NCBI RefSeq assembly: GCF_018350175.1
Contig: NC_058383.1
Coordinates: forward strand, 22,136,001-22,200,000
Length of the DNA: 64,000 bases
Direction: 5' to 3'
From: Felis catus
Lineage: Eukaryota
Shown: piece after piece, positions 1 through 11,134 of the stretch
Position numbering within the stretch: position 1 is the first letter of the stretch
Layout of the letters: each line of letters opens with the position of its first letter
Notes under the pieces: model-generated
Databases searched by the model: none
What the model saw: only the letters and a program-made list of their open reading frames with translations
Told to the model about the DNA's origin: nothing
Position numbers and translations under genes: made by a program

Positions 1-654
1 ATGCTGTGTTCTCCTCCTCCTCTTCTTCTCCTTCTTCTTTTTTTTACAAGCCTCACTTACGCTCCTCACGGCCCTCTGGATCTCTGTTCTCTGTTCCTCG
101 TTTTCCCTCCCCTTGCCTCATACTTTCAAAGAAAATATTTTCACCCAATTCACTTCAAGATGTTGGGGACTGAGACAAAGTCACACGTGGTTTCCCCAGG
201 GATATTTGCAGCTTAACCTATACAGCTGAGATAACAAAGCTCAGATGAGTCACCAAGAGTGAGAATCTAGGTGGTGTGAGAAGGTGCTCTACACGGAGAG
301 GGTGGCCCAGCTAATACAAAGTGCCTACGTTTTCCAGCTTTTCTGCATCCACGCAGAGCACCAGGCATCTGACTGGGGCCCGGAAGCACGGGGCTGGATC
401 GAGCCGTGGGAAACCAGCAAACACCCCAAGGACCTAAGACCGGCAGCCCTGGTTTATTCAGACACACAGGTGGGAATCCACTGGGAAGGCATGGTCATGC
501 CCTAACCTTGAAATTGCACCTGTACCTCCACCTGGTGGGAGAGTGAATACTTCATAAAGGCAGGATCCACGAGCCATATTCTCTGCGGCTCTCACAGCGT
601 TTTCACACTTCCATCAGAGCTGAAATGTTCCCACATTTGGGTAATAGGTTTAAA

Positions 655-790
655 AGCAGTGGTTCTCAAACCACTTGGGGACTTTTGCAGACTTTTACAG
701 ATGTCCAGACAATCCCTGGGTGAGACTGAGGTTATGTACGATCTGAAAAAGCCCTGCAGATCATCCTGATGGCACCAAAGGCGAGGACCA
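655..790. mobile_element. MER5-like hAT-Charlie DNA transposon fossil
   Basis: Starts with the typical 'agcagtggttctcaaa' terminus, followed by a degenerate body. Confidence 0.5.
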
Positions 791-1445
791 AGGATCTGCA
801 GGGACTCACCGAGGTCAAGCACATCTGGCTTAATGCCAGATGCATAACAAAGCAATCTTCACCAGCACCCATGTGCCCTGCCTTCTTCACAGGTGCAATC
901 TGCATACACTGCAGGATACAGTGTACGTATGCTTTTCAGCCCTTTGTGGGTTGGGCGAGGGGAGACCAGGGGCTTTGAAGACACAAAATTTGGGTCAGCT
1001 TATCCAGAGAATCCCTTAAACTCAACACTGCATGATAGTTTCTTAAGACAAAAGTTACACGCTGTTAGTATTAACCACACACACATACAGAGCAGAGCAG
1101 GGCGAGGCTGACAGATCGGTGCTGCAGACCTCTTGCACACCTTCCCATGGGTCCCAGCTCTTTGGCAAAGACTCTGTGTTTCCTATCTCGTTCATTCAAT
1201 ATGCATTCCCCTGTGCCGGACTAGAGCCTGGAGCCCAGCCAGCAGCAAGATACTGTTGCAGGCAGACCTCTCTGGTACTTTTGTGCAGATTGGAAAAAAG
1301 CCCCCTTTGCTCCGGGAGGTCCATGCCAGGCTCACAGGCCAGCAAGTGGGGAGAAAGATAGAGTTCAGTCTCCATTCCCCCTCTCTCCCTGGGTGAGTTG
1401 TCCTTGCGCGGGGTCCTGACCGCAAGCTTTCAGGGGCTCACTCAC

Positions 1446-1553
1446 CCCTTTGCAGATGGCCACAGCTTCCTTGGACATGGACTTTGGGTAAGCCACGTTG
1501 TGTTCCATGATGGACTGGAAGAGCTCGTCCTCATCCTCCCCTTCAAAGGGTGC
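1446..1553 (-). CDS. PRKCB: PRKCB coding exon (exon 15), 108 nt
   Basis: [36 protein letters not shown]. Acceptor ...ctctgccccacag|GCA, donor GGG|gtgagt. Phase 0/0. The gene continues beyond position 1. Confidence 0.98.
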
Positions 1554-1828
1554 CTGTGGGGCAGAGGATAGTGTGGGAAGAGAGGGTTCCTGCCTGCCCC
1601 TCCCCAACTGCTCCAAACCATTGGGCCCTTTCCCCTGGGGTCCACAGCGAGGCCATACTCAGGGGCTTCAAGGGAGAAGACAAAGAAAAACAGTCAAAAG
1701 AGTAAGCTAACCCTAAGGCCAAGGAAGTCACAGTGTTTCCAATCTATGAGCTGGTACCGACGGGATACCTTCGTCTAGAGAAACCATGCAGATGGGGTTG
1801 GGGGAGGACTTTTCTTACCAATCAGCTA

Positions 1829-1984
<156 letters not shown>

Positions 1985-2262
1985 TCACTTCTTTAATGTA
2001 AGAGTGGAGCATCTTGGGGCTGGGAGGTGGAAGGAGAGCTCTCCGTTTGCCTGTCATCTGCCTACTGCGAAGGATTCAATTGGCTGTTACAGTCCCAAAT
2101 ATGAGCCACTAAAAGAGTGACTAAGGAGCCTAGTGCCCACTCAAGCCATTTCTTTACCTTAGGAAGACGGATAGATGCCATTTACAAGAGTACCTGCAGG
2201 TGGGGGAAAACATCTGTGGCTGTCAACATTGCCTTTTAAAAGCTCTTAGTACAGTGCATTAA

Positions 2263-2473
2263 TTTTATTTTTTTGAGAGAGAGAGCAAAAGAGAGCGAGC
2301 AAGCAGGGGAGGGGCAGAGAGAGAGAGAGAGAGGGAGAGACAGAATCCCAAGCAGGCTCTGAGCTGTCAGCGCAAAGCCCGATGCTGGGATCGATCTCAC
2401 TAACCGTGAGATCATGACCTGAGCCGAAATCAGGAGTCAGACCCTTAACTGAGTGAGCCCCTCCAGGAGCCCC
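2263..2473 (-). mobile_element. CanSINE (SINEC_Fc-like)
   Basis: Reverse complement of a tRNA-derived head, (CT)n tract and A-tail. Degenerate TSD cagtgc(a/g)tta. Confidence 0.9.
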
Positions 2474-3007
2474 CAGTGCGTTACTTTTTTCATTTTAATA
2501 CAGTGAATGGCATTTTTAAGAAGGAAAACAGTGTTTGCTTCTCATTACAAAAGTAATCACATTTATACAACAACAGAAATACACTTAACTGAATGCTGAA
2601 CTGTACTCCTAGAAAAGAGTCTAGGAAGAAATAGACCAAAGAGCTATCATAATTTTTCTCTTGATAAATGGTTATGGGTGATTCTAATTATTATATTCTC
2701 TCAGCTTGTCTACTGCTACTACTGAACTGTGCCTTAGAAATGGTTAAGATGGTGAATTTTGTATTTTTTTACCACAACTAAAAATTTGTAAGTTACAAAG
2801 CTGTAATAGCATTCTTATTATTATACTATTTATTTTAAAATATAGATAAGCAAATAAATAATAAAAATATAGACAAGCTAAGAGAATACAATTAGTATCA
2901 CCCATAATCATTTATCAAGAGAAAAATTATGATAGGTCTGTGGTCTATTTCTTCCTAGATTCTTTTCTATCAATACATAGTAAATTCAGTGTGTATGTAT
3001 GTGTTTT

Positions 3008-3033
3008 ACACACACACACACACACACACACAC
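3008..3033. repeat. (AC)13 microsatellite
   Basis: Read directly. Confidence 0.95.
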
Positions 3034-3299
3034 TTTAATATGTGGAATTTTAATGAAGTATTTTATTCACTTAAAAGTTCCACGCAATAGTTGCACATCG
3101 ATGTAATCAGTTTTTATCTCTGCACAGCATTCCCCTGGATGGCTATACCAAAATTTATGTTGTTTATTCCCAAGATCAGGTTTCTTCTGATGCTACAATA
3201 TAGATCCTTGCAACTGGATAGTTGGACGTTCGTCCAATTATTTCCTTAAGATAAATTCCTAAAAATAGAATTGGTGGATCAAATGGGATGTATGGTTTT

Positions 3300-4077
3300 A
3301 AAAAATTATTTTATTTATTTCATTTTCATCTTAATTTCTTCACCTATTTCCCCCATACCCTCCTACCCACCTTGTGTCTGGTAACCATCAGTGAGTTCTA
3401 TATAGTTAAGAGTCTGTTGATTTGTCTCTCTTTCTTTCTCTCTTTCTCCCTTTGTTCATTTGTTTTGTTTCTTAAATTCCACACGAGTGGGATTGTGTGG
3501 TATTTGTCTTTCTCTGACTGACTTATTTCACTTAGCATTATATCCTCTGGATCCATCCATGTTGTTGCAAATAGTAAGGTTTCACTTTTTTATGGTTGAG
3601 TAATATTCCACACATATATAATCATGTATATTCATTCCACAGCTTCTTTATTCATTCACCTATCGATGGACACTTGGGCTGCTTCCTTAGTCTGGCTATT
3701 GCAAATAATAAACACAGAGGTGCATGTGTCCCTTTGAATTAGTGTTTTTGTATTTTGGGGGTAAATTCCCAGTAATGCAATCACTGCATCATACAATAGA
3801 TCTATTTTTAATTTTTTTGAGAAACCTCCAAATTATTTCAGTGGCTGTACCAGTTTGCATTCCCACCAACAGTGCAGGAGAGTTCCCCTTTCTCCACATT
3901 CTCGCCAACACTTGTTGTGTCTTGTGTTTTTTATTTTAGCCATTCTGACAGGTGAGAGGTGATCTCATTGGTTTGATTTGCATTTCCCTGATGATAAGTG
4001 ATGATGAGCATCTTTTCATGTGTCTGTTGAGCATCTGGATGTCTTCTTTGGAGAAATGTCTGTTCATGCCTTCTGCA
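3300..4077 (-). mobile_element. L1 3' fragment (carnivore L1: 3'UTR and end of ORF2), 5'-truncated
   Basis: Canonical antisense L1 text, e.g. 'tctctgactgacttatttcacttagcat', 'gtggctgtaccagtttgcattcccaccaacagtgc' and 'tgcatttccctgatgataagtgatgatgagcatcttttcatg'. Confidence 0.9.
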
Positions 4078-5377
4078 ATGATAACATATTGTTTTAAGAT
4101 TTCTGATACTTATCACCAAATCGTTCGAGCATGGCCAAGTCTGGAATAGCTGTGTGACCATCCACCTTTCAACATATAGGGGTGTAAAACTAACTGTATC
4201 AAAAGGTTGAAAAGGTGATACAGCGAAGGTTCAGGGTCGGTCCCGACTGCTACTTCCGAGTTGTGTGACCATGGGGGAGGTTACTCAACTTCTTGATGTC
4301 TCAGTTTCCTCACTTACAAAAGGAATTTTATAACATCTAGATCACAGGGTTTTGCGAGGAAGAGAGGGAGATACATTCCTCTCGCACATTACGTCCTCCA
4401 AATGTTAGCTGTAAGTAGAAGGTTTTCTCATTCAGTCATTGTTTTACTCAATGAATGTGTCTGAGCAAACTTGGCTCTAAAATGAATGTCTGCTTATTGA
4501 ATTCCATCTTCTACCTAAAATCTTCTACCCTAAAATCAGAAATGCCCTCTGAGGAGAATTAAACAGCAAGAGACCGGAGGGAAAGCTTTCGTGAGAACAC
4601 TTACTGAAAGTGTTTTCACACTTTTAAAGTACTTCATGTCTTATTTGATCCTCATGACAACCTAACAAGTTAATCCTTTCACAAAGGAAAACAGAGCCTG
4701 GGAGGTGAAAGAAGTTGCCAGAGGTGATGTGGCTATTAGTTAATGGCAAAGCCAGGGCGAAAGCCTGACCCCTAGCTTAGTCCTCCCATCAGTGGGTTGG
4801 AGGAGGGAGCAAGGGCTTCCCCGGGAACACAACTCCAGGCATCTCATGTATCACAACCACCCGGGAACTCTGGAAAACCACAGATATGTGGGTCCTTCCT
4901 TCAGAGATTCTGATTCAGTTGAGGGTAACACCTGGCCAGCCTACATTTTAAGAGCTCCCCGGGGACCTTGAAGTGCAGCAAGCTTCGAGCCAGAGATTAC
5001 TGAACTCACGGCAGATCAAGGACTTGTCTGATGCTCTATTTAACGAAATGATGATGAACCAAGGTATGGCACATAGGGAAAACACCACTGGATTCTAATA
5101 CAGGTGTCCCCTGCGTTTTGAAAGTTTGTGTTATGCCACTTTGCTTCTATGAAAGACCTACAATACTTCCTGCTTTCATTAATCTAAAGAAATATGAACA
5201 GGACTTTTGCTTTTATGCTAAAGGGAAAAAGCAAAAATAGAGTTCAGCATTTGGTTTTCATGGAGCCATTACAGAGGCAGTGAGAGTGGTACTGCCACGC
5301 TTCTCCCCAGGAACGACATTCAGCATCAAGCAGTCATAGCTTTGAATCGTGTGAGCATCTGTGCTCGATCTCGATTT

Positions 5378-5583
5378 ATTTTTCTTAAAATCCTTATTTA
5401 TTTTTGAAAGAAAGAGAGCACGAGCAGGGGGCGGCAGAGAGAAAGGGAGACTGAATCCAAAGCAGGCTCCAGGCTCTGAGCTATTAGCACAGAGCCCGAT
5501 GTGGGGCTCGAACTCAGGAACTGTGAGATCATGACCTGAGCCAAAGTTGGATGCACAACTGACTGAGCCACCCAGGCGTCCCT
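5378..5583 (-). mobile_element. CanSINE
   Basis: SINEC consensus in reverse. Degenerate TSD t(c/t)gatctc(g/a)att(t/a)atttt. Confidence 0.9.
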
Positions 5584-5725
5584 TGATCTCAATTAATTTT
5601 ATGTACCCACTAGCCAGATGTGTGTTAATGCATCAGAAGAGGCAAAGAGAAGTTATTTTTTGGGGCTCAGAACGTTAAAAAAATGTCTCCATATAAAATT
5701 GCTATGCTATAAAAATACTTCTTCA

Positions 5726-5939
5726 GGGGCGCCTGGGTGGCTCAGTCGGTTGGGCGGCCGACTTCGGCTCAGGTCCTGATCTCGCGGTCTGTGAGTTTGA
5801 GCCCTGTGTTGGGCTCTGTGCTGACAGCTCAGAGCCTGGAGCCTGTTTCAGATTCTGTGTCTCCCTCTCTCTCTGACCCTCCCCCGTTCATGCTCTGTCT
5901 CTCTCTATCTCAAAAATAAATAAACATTGAAAAAAAATT
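5726..5939 (+). mobile_element. CanSINE (SINEC_Fc)
   Basis: ggggcgcctgggtggctcagtcgg head. Perfect 18-bp TSD tataaaaatacttcttca at 5708-5725 and 5940-5957. Confidence 0.95.
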
Positions 5940-6710
5940 TATAAAAATACTTCTTCACTTCAAGCCATTTTGGCTTAGAAAACGTTTCACAGGAATGCTC
6001 TACTTTTAATAGAAGGGGAAATCTAAAAAAGCATTAATTTAAAAGATTACTTTTCAAGTAATCTTTCAAATAATTATTCAAGTAACACACAAACATATTT
6101 ACCTTGTGAAAAATGTAAACAGTATACAGATTGAGCTAAATTACTCGTCACTGTGCCCTTAACCTCAGAGGTAACCAATGTTTTGAAATCAGTCTGTAAC
6201 CTTCCAGATTTTCTATGCTTCTACATGAATTTCGACATACTCATAAGAAGCATATAGCAGTGTTCTGTGTATTGTTCTTGTTTTCCATACATGGCATCAT
6301 ATTGTATTTAACATTCTGTACCTTGATTCCCGCCCCAATTTTATTGAGAATAATTGGCGCACATCACTGTGTAAGTTTAAGGCATACAGCATGATGGTTT
6401 GATTTACATATGCTGTGAAATGATTAAAATAAGTTCAGCTAACATCCACCTTCTCATATAGACACAATAAAAAGAAATGAAAGAAAAAAAAGGAAAAAAG
6501 TTTTCTCCCTTGTGATGAGAATTTTGGTATTTACTCTCTTAACTTTCCTACATAACACAGCAGTGTTTGCTATGGTCATTGTGTGTACATCCTCAGTAAT
6601 CTTATGACTAGAAGTTTGTATCTTTTGACCACCTTCCCATAATCTCCTTCCCCATCTTTCACCTCTGGTAACCACAAGTCTGATCTCATTTTCTGAGTTT
6701 GGTTTTCTTT

Positions 6711-6929
6711 TTTTTTTTTTTCAACGTTTATTTATTTTTTTTTTGGGACAGAGAGAGACAGAGCATGAACGGGGGAGGGGCAGAGAGAGAGGGAGACACA
6801 GAATCGGAAACAGGCTCCAGGCTCTGAGCCATCAGCCCAGAGCCCGACGCGGGGCTCGAACTCACGGACTGCGAGATCGTGCCCTGGCTGAAGTCGGACG
6901 CTCAACCGACTGCGCCACCCAGGCGCCCC
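6711..6929 (-). mobile_element. Young CanSINE (SINEC_Fc) inserted in L1
   Basis: CpG-rich and near consensus. TSD tggttttcttttt on both sides. Confidence 0.95.
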
Positions 6930-7913
6930 TGGTTTTCTTTTTTAAAGATTCTACATATAAGTGAGATCATACAGTATTTGCCTTTCTCTGTCTGACTTAT
7001 TTCACTTAGCATAATGCCTTCAAGGTGTATCTGTTGTTGCAAATGGTAGGATTTCCTTGTTTCCTACCGCTGAATAATATCCATTGCATATATATACCAC
7101 ACCTTCTCTATCCATTCATCCGCGGGGGGACACTTAAGTTGTTTCCAAGTCCTGTAAATAATGCTGCTATAAACATGTGAGTGTAGATGCCTTTTTGAGT
7201 TAGTGTCCCCCCCCCCCCTCCCGGATATATTCCCAGAAGTGGAATTGCTAGGTCATATGGTAGTTCTATTTTTAATTTTTTGAAGATCCTCCACACTGTT
7301 TTCCATAGTGGCTGCACCAATTTACATTCCCACCAACAGTGCACAGGGTTCCCTTTCCTCCATGCCCTCACCAGTTCCCTCGTGTCTTTTTGATGATGGC
7401 CATTCTAACAGGTGTGAGGAGACATTCTCATTGTGGTTTTAATTTGCATTTCTCTAGTGATGTTGAGTATCTTTTCACGTACCTGTTGGCCTTTCATTTA
7501 TTTTCTTTGGAGAAATGTCTATTTGGGTCCTTTGCCCACTTTTTAATTGGGTTATTTGTTTTGTTTTGTTTCCGCTATTGAGTTGTAGGAGTTCTTTATA
7601 TATTTTGGATATTAACCCCTTATCAGATATGTGGTTTGCAAATATTTTTTCCCATTCCCTAGGTTCTCTTCTCACTTTGTTGTGGTTTCTTTTGCTGTGC
7701 AGAAGCTTTTTAGTTTGATATGATCACACTTGTTTTGATTTGTTGCTTGTGCTTTAGGTTTCATATCCAAAAAACATCATTAACGAGACCCATGTTGAGG
7801 AGCTTTGCTCCTATGTTTTCTTCTAGGAGTTTCATGGTTTCAGGTCTTACATTTATTAATCCTTTTTGAGTTAATTTCTGTGAGTTGTGTAAGACATGGG
7901 TCCAGTCTCATTC

Positions 7914-7950
7914 TTTTTTTTTTTTTTAATGTTTTTTTTTTTTGAGGGGG

Positions 7951-7988
<38 letters not shown>

Positions 7989-8114
7989 CTAAAGCAGGCT
8001 CCAGGCTCCAAGCTGTTAGCACAGAGCCTGAGACGGGGCTCAAACTCATAAACCGTGAGATCATGACCTGAGCTGAAGTCAGATGCTTAACCTACTAAGC
8101 CACCCAGGCACCCC
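7914..8114 (-). mobile_element. CanSINE inserted in L1
   Basis: SINEC in reverse with (GA)n tract. TSD ctcattctttt. Confidence 0.92.
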
Positions 8115-9630
8115 TCATTCTTTTACATATGAATACCCAGTTATCTCAGCATCATTTATTAAAGAAACTGTGCTCTGCATTGAGTATTCTTGGCTTCTTT
8201 TTTAAACATTAGTTGATTACATATGCTTACGTTTTTTTCTGGGCTCTCATTTCTGTTCCATCCTATTTATCTGTTTTTGTGCCAGTACCATATTGTTTTG
8301 ATGACTGTAGCTTTATGGTATAGCTTGAAATCAGGAAGTGTAATGCCTCCTGCTTTGTTCTTTCTCATTTCTTTAGCTATTTGGAGCCTTTTATGCTTCC
8401 ACATAAATTTGGGGAGTGTTTTTTGTACTTCTGTAAAAAATGAAGTTGAAATCTTGATAGAGATTATATTGAGTCGATTGATAGCTTTTGGTAGTACTGA
8501 CATTTTAATAATATTAATTCTTCTATCCATGAACATGGGATGTCTTTCCATTTATTTGTACCTTCTTCAATTTCTTTCAGCAATGTCTTGTAGGTTTCAG
8601 AGTAGAAATATTTCACCTCCTTAGTTAAATTTACTTCTAAGTATTTTACTGTTGTTGATGCTTTTGCAAATGAGATCCATTTCTTTATTTCATTTTCAGA
8701 AAAATCATCGTTAGTGTATAGAAATGCTACTGGTTTTGTATACTAATTTTGTATCTTGTAACTTTACTAAATTCATCGATTCTATCTAACAGTTTTGGTT
8801 GAGTCTTTAGGATCTTCTACATATAAAATCATGTCACATGCAAATAGAGACCATTTTTACTGCTTCTTTTTCAATTCTGATGTTTCTTTTTCTTTTGCAA
8901 TTGCTCTAGCTAGGACTTCTAGTACTATGTTGCATAAGAGTAGTGAGAATGGACACTTTTGTCTTATCCCTGCTTTTTCTGCACCTATTGAAGATATGAT
9001 TCTTTTCTTTTCTTTTATTAATGTGATGTATTACAATGATTGATTTGCACATGCTGAGTCATCATTGCATCCCAGGGATATATCCCACTTGATCGTGGTG
9101 AATGATCTTTTTAATGCGCTCCTGAATTCAGCCTGCTAGTATTTTACTGGGAGTTTTTATATCTATGTTCATCAGGGATATTGGCCTATAGTTTTCTTTT
9201 CTAGTACTGTCCTTTTCTGTTATTGGTATTAGAATAATGCTGACCTTCTAAAATAACTTGTGAGTATTCCCTCCTCTTTGATTTTTCAGAAAAATTTAAG
9301 ATAGATAGATGTTAATTCTTCTTCAAATGCTTGGCAAAATTCACTAGTGAAGCCATCTAGTCCTTGGTAAATTCACTAATGAAGCCATCTAGTCCTTTGC
9401 TTTATTGGGAGATTTTTGATTACAAACTCAATCTCCTCACTAGTAATTGATCTATTCAGATTTTCTATTTCTTCCTGATCAGTCTTGGTAAGTTGCATGT
9501 TTCTAAAAATTTTTCCATTTCTTCTAGGTTGTCCAGCTTGTTGGCATATAGTTGTTCACTGTACCTTGATTTTTTTCTCTTAACAATATGTCTCAAAGAT
9601 CTTTCCATATCTACATATATATCTCACTCT

Positions 9631-9660
9631 TTAAAAAATTTTTTTATGTTTATTTATTTT

Positions 9661-9710
<50 letters not shown>

Positions 9711-9839
9711 TTGGGGAGGGACAGAGAGAAACAGAGACACAGAATCTGAAGCAGACTCCAGGCTCTGAGCTGTCAGCACAGAGCCTGATGCGGGGCCTGA
9801 ACCCACAAACCATGACTGAATGACACACCCAGGCACCCC
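9631..9839 (-). mobile_element. CanSINE with long (GA)n tract and a deletion in the head
   Basis: SINEC in reverse. TSD ctcactcttt. Confidence 0.9.
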
Positions 9840-10915
9840 TAACTCACTCTTTTGAATTGAATTGATGTGGTATTACATACTATAAATAATTCAGTCTATT
9901 GCTCATTCCTTGATAGACATTGCTGAAGTTAGTACATACAGATGTGCTCTGATCTTTATAAGAGCTGTATGATATTTCTTAATGTGAATGTAACATATTT
10001 TAGCTAACCATTCCTTTGTTGATAGTCATTGAGGTTGTTTCCTATTTTTCATTATTTAAAAATAGCACTGTAATGAAGAAAGGACTTTGAACATGTATCC
10101 TATCAGCTGTGCATGTACGTGTGTGTATTGTAAGCTAAGTTCCTAGAGGAGGAGCTGCTTTGGTAAGAGTATGCAGGTTTTAAATTTTGTGCCAGATTAT
10201 TGAATTACATGGGGCCCTCCATCATCATTGTTCCATATAAGTGACAGTCAAGAAAGGAATTCTAGAATTCCCATTTCCAAGACTCTGTGCCACATCCTCA
10301 GTTCCTTTCCTTAAAAATCTAGTAACAGATTGCAAAATGCCACTTCTCTGAGCACCAATTCAGAGAAAAAGGAAGGCTATCATCTGGCACAAATTCTGTA
10401 CCATGCCATGTTGGGGAAATCCATTCTGCAACTGACCGTTTCCTTTGGGAAGGGAGGGGGAGGCACTAGAATTAAATCTTTTCCCTTTCATTTATATCTT
10501 ACTCACAGAAAGGAAAATTCTGAGTCTTTCAGGGTTTAGTATCAGTACACAGATCCTGTGTCATATGTCAGCCCAGGAAAGCCCTCTCTGTCTGTCTCTC
10601 TCTCTTTCCCCCCTCTTAACAAATGTTTCAATGTCATAATTAGGCAGTATCATATGGCCATGAGCCATCGCAGCTTGAAGAATTTTACTGATGTGCGGTG
10701 GATGGTTCTTTTTGAGTTTTATTTAAATTTTCCCCCAAACCTTGATGTATTTTGGGCCTGAGCTTCTGGATGTGTGCTAAGTTAATTTGCATGTGTGATA
10801 GCAAAGGAATGATTTAGAGTACAGGAGAAGGACCAGCCTGAGGTTTGCTTGCCAGGTACCCCCCTGGACCTTTCCCAGTCCTGACATGGCCATCCAGGGA
10901 ACAGAGGAGACATCA

Positions 10916-11134
<219 letters not shown>

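Larger units (their letters stand above)
5101..6025. mobile_element. TcMar-Tigger-like DNA transposon fossil carrying two nested SINEs
   Basis: Left end ta|caggtgtcccctgcgttttgaaagt. The right end reverse-complements to agatttccccttctattaaaagt, a degenerate terminal inverted repeat. TA precedes the left end. Confidence 0.6.
6329..9558 (-). mobile_element. 5'-truncated L1 of about 3.2 kb including two nested SINEs; ORF2 is degraded
   Basis: ORF2-like peptides at 8267-8551 ([31 protein letters not shown]), 7475-7675 (WEKIFANHISDKGLISKIYKEL) and 7108-7371 ([18 protein letters not shown]). 13-bp TSD ctgtaccttgatt at 6316-6328 and 9559-9571. Confidence 0.93.

Noticed and set aside
5726..5815. tRNA-like A/B box sequences in the SINE heads
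   Set aside because: These are tRNA-derived SINE promoters followed by a SINE body and A-tail, not tRNA genes.
6743..6964. Recurrent near-identical peptides MGQRETEHERGRGRERG... (also 59135-59473, 59470-59664 and 63316-63513) suggesting a gene family
   Set aside because: These are antisense translations of young SINEC_Fc copies.
7108..8551. Reverse-transcriptase-related peptides as a possible active or domesticated gene
   Set aside because: Fragmented L1 ORF2 with frameshifts, stops, a nested SINE and 5' truncation.
9330..9394. Imperfect tandem duplication of about 32 bp
   Set aside because: An old slippage event inside a dead L1, with no sign of function.
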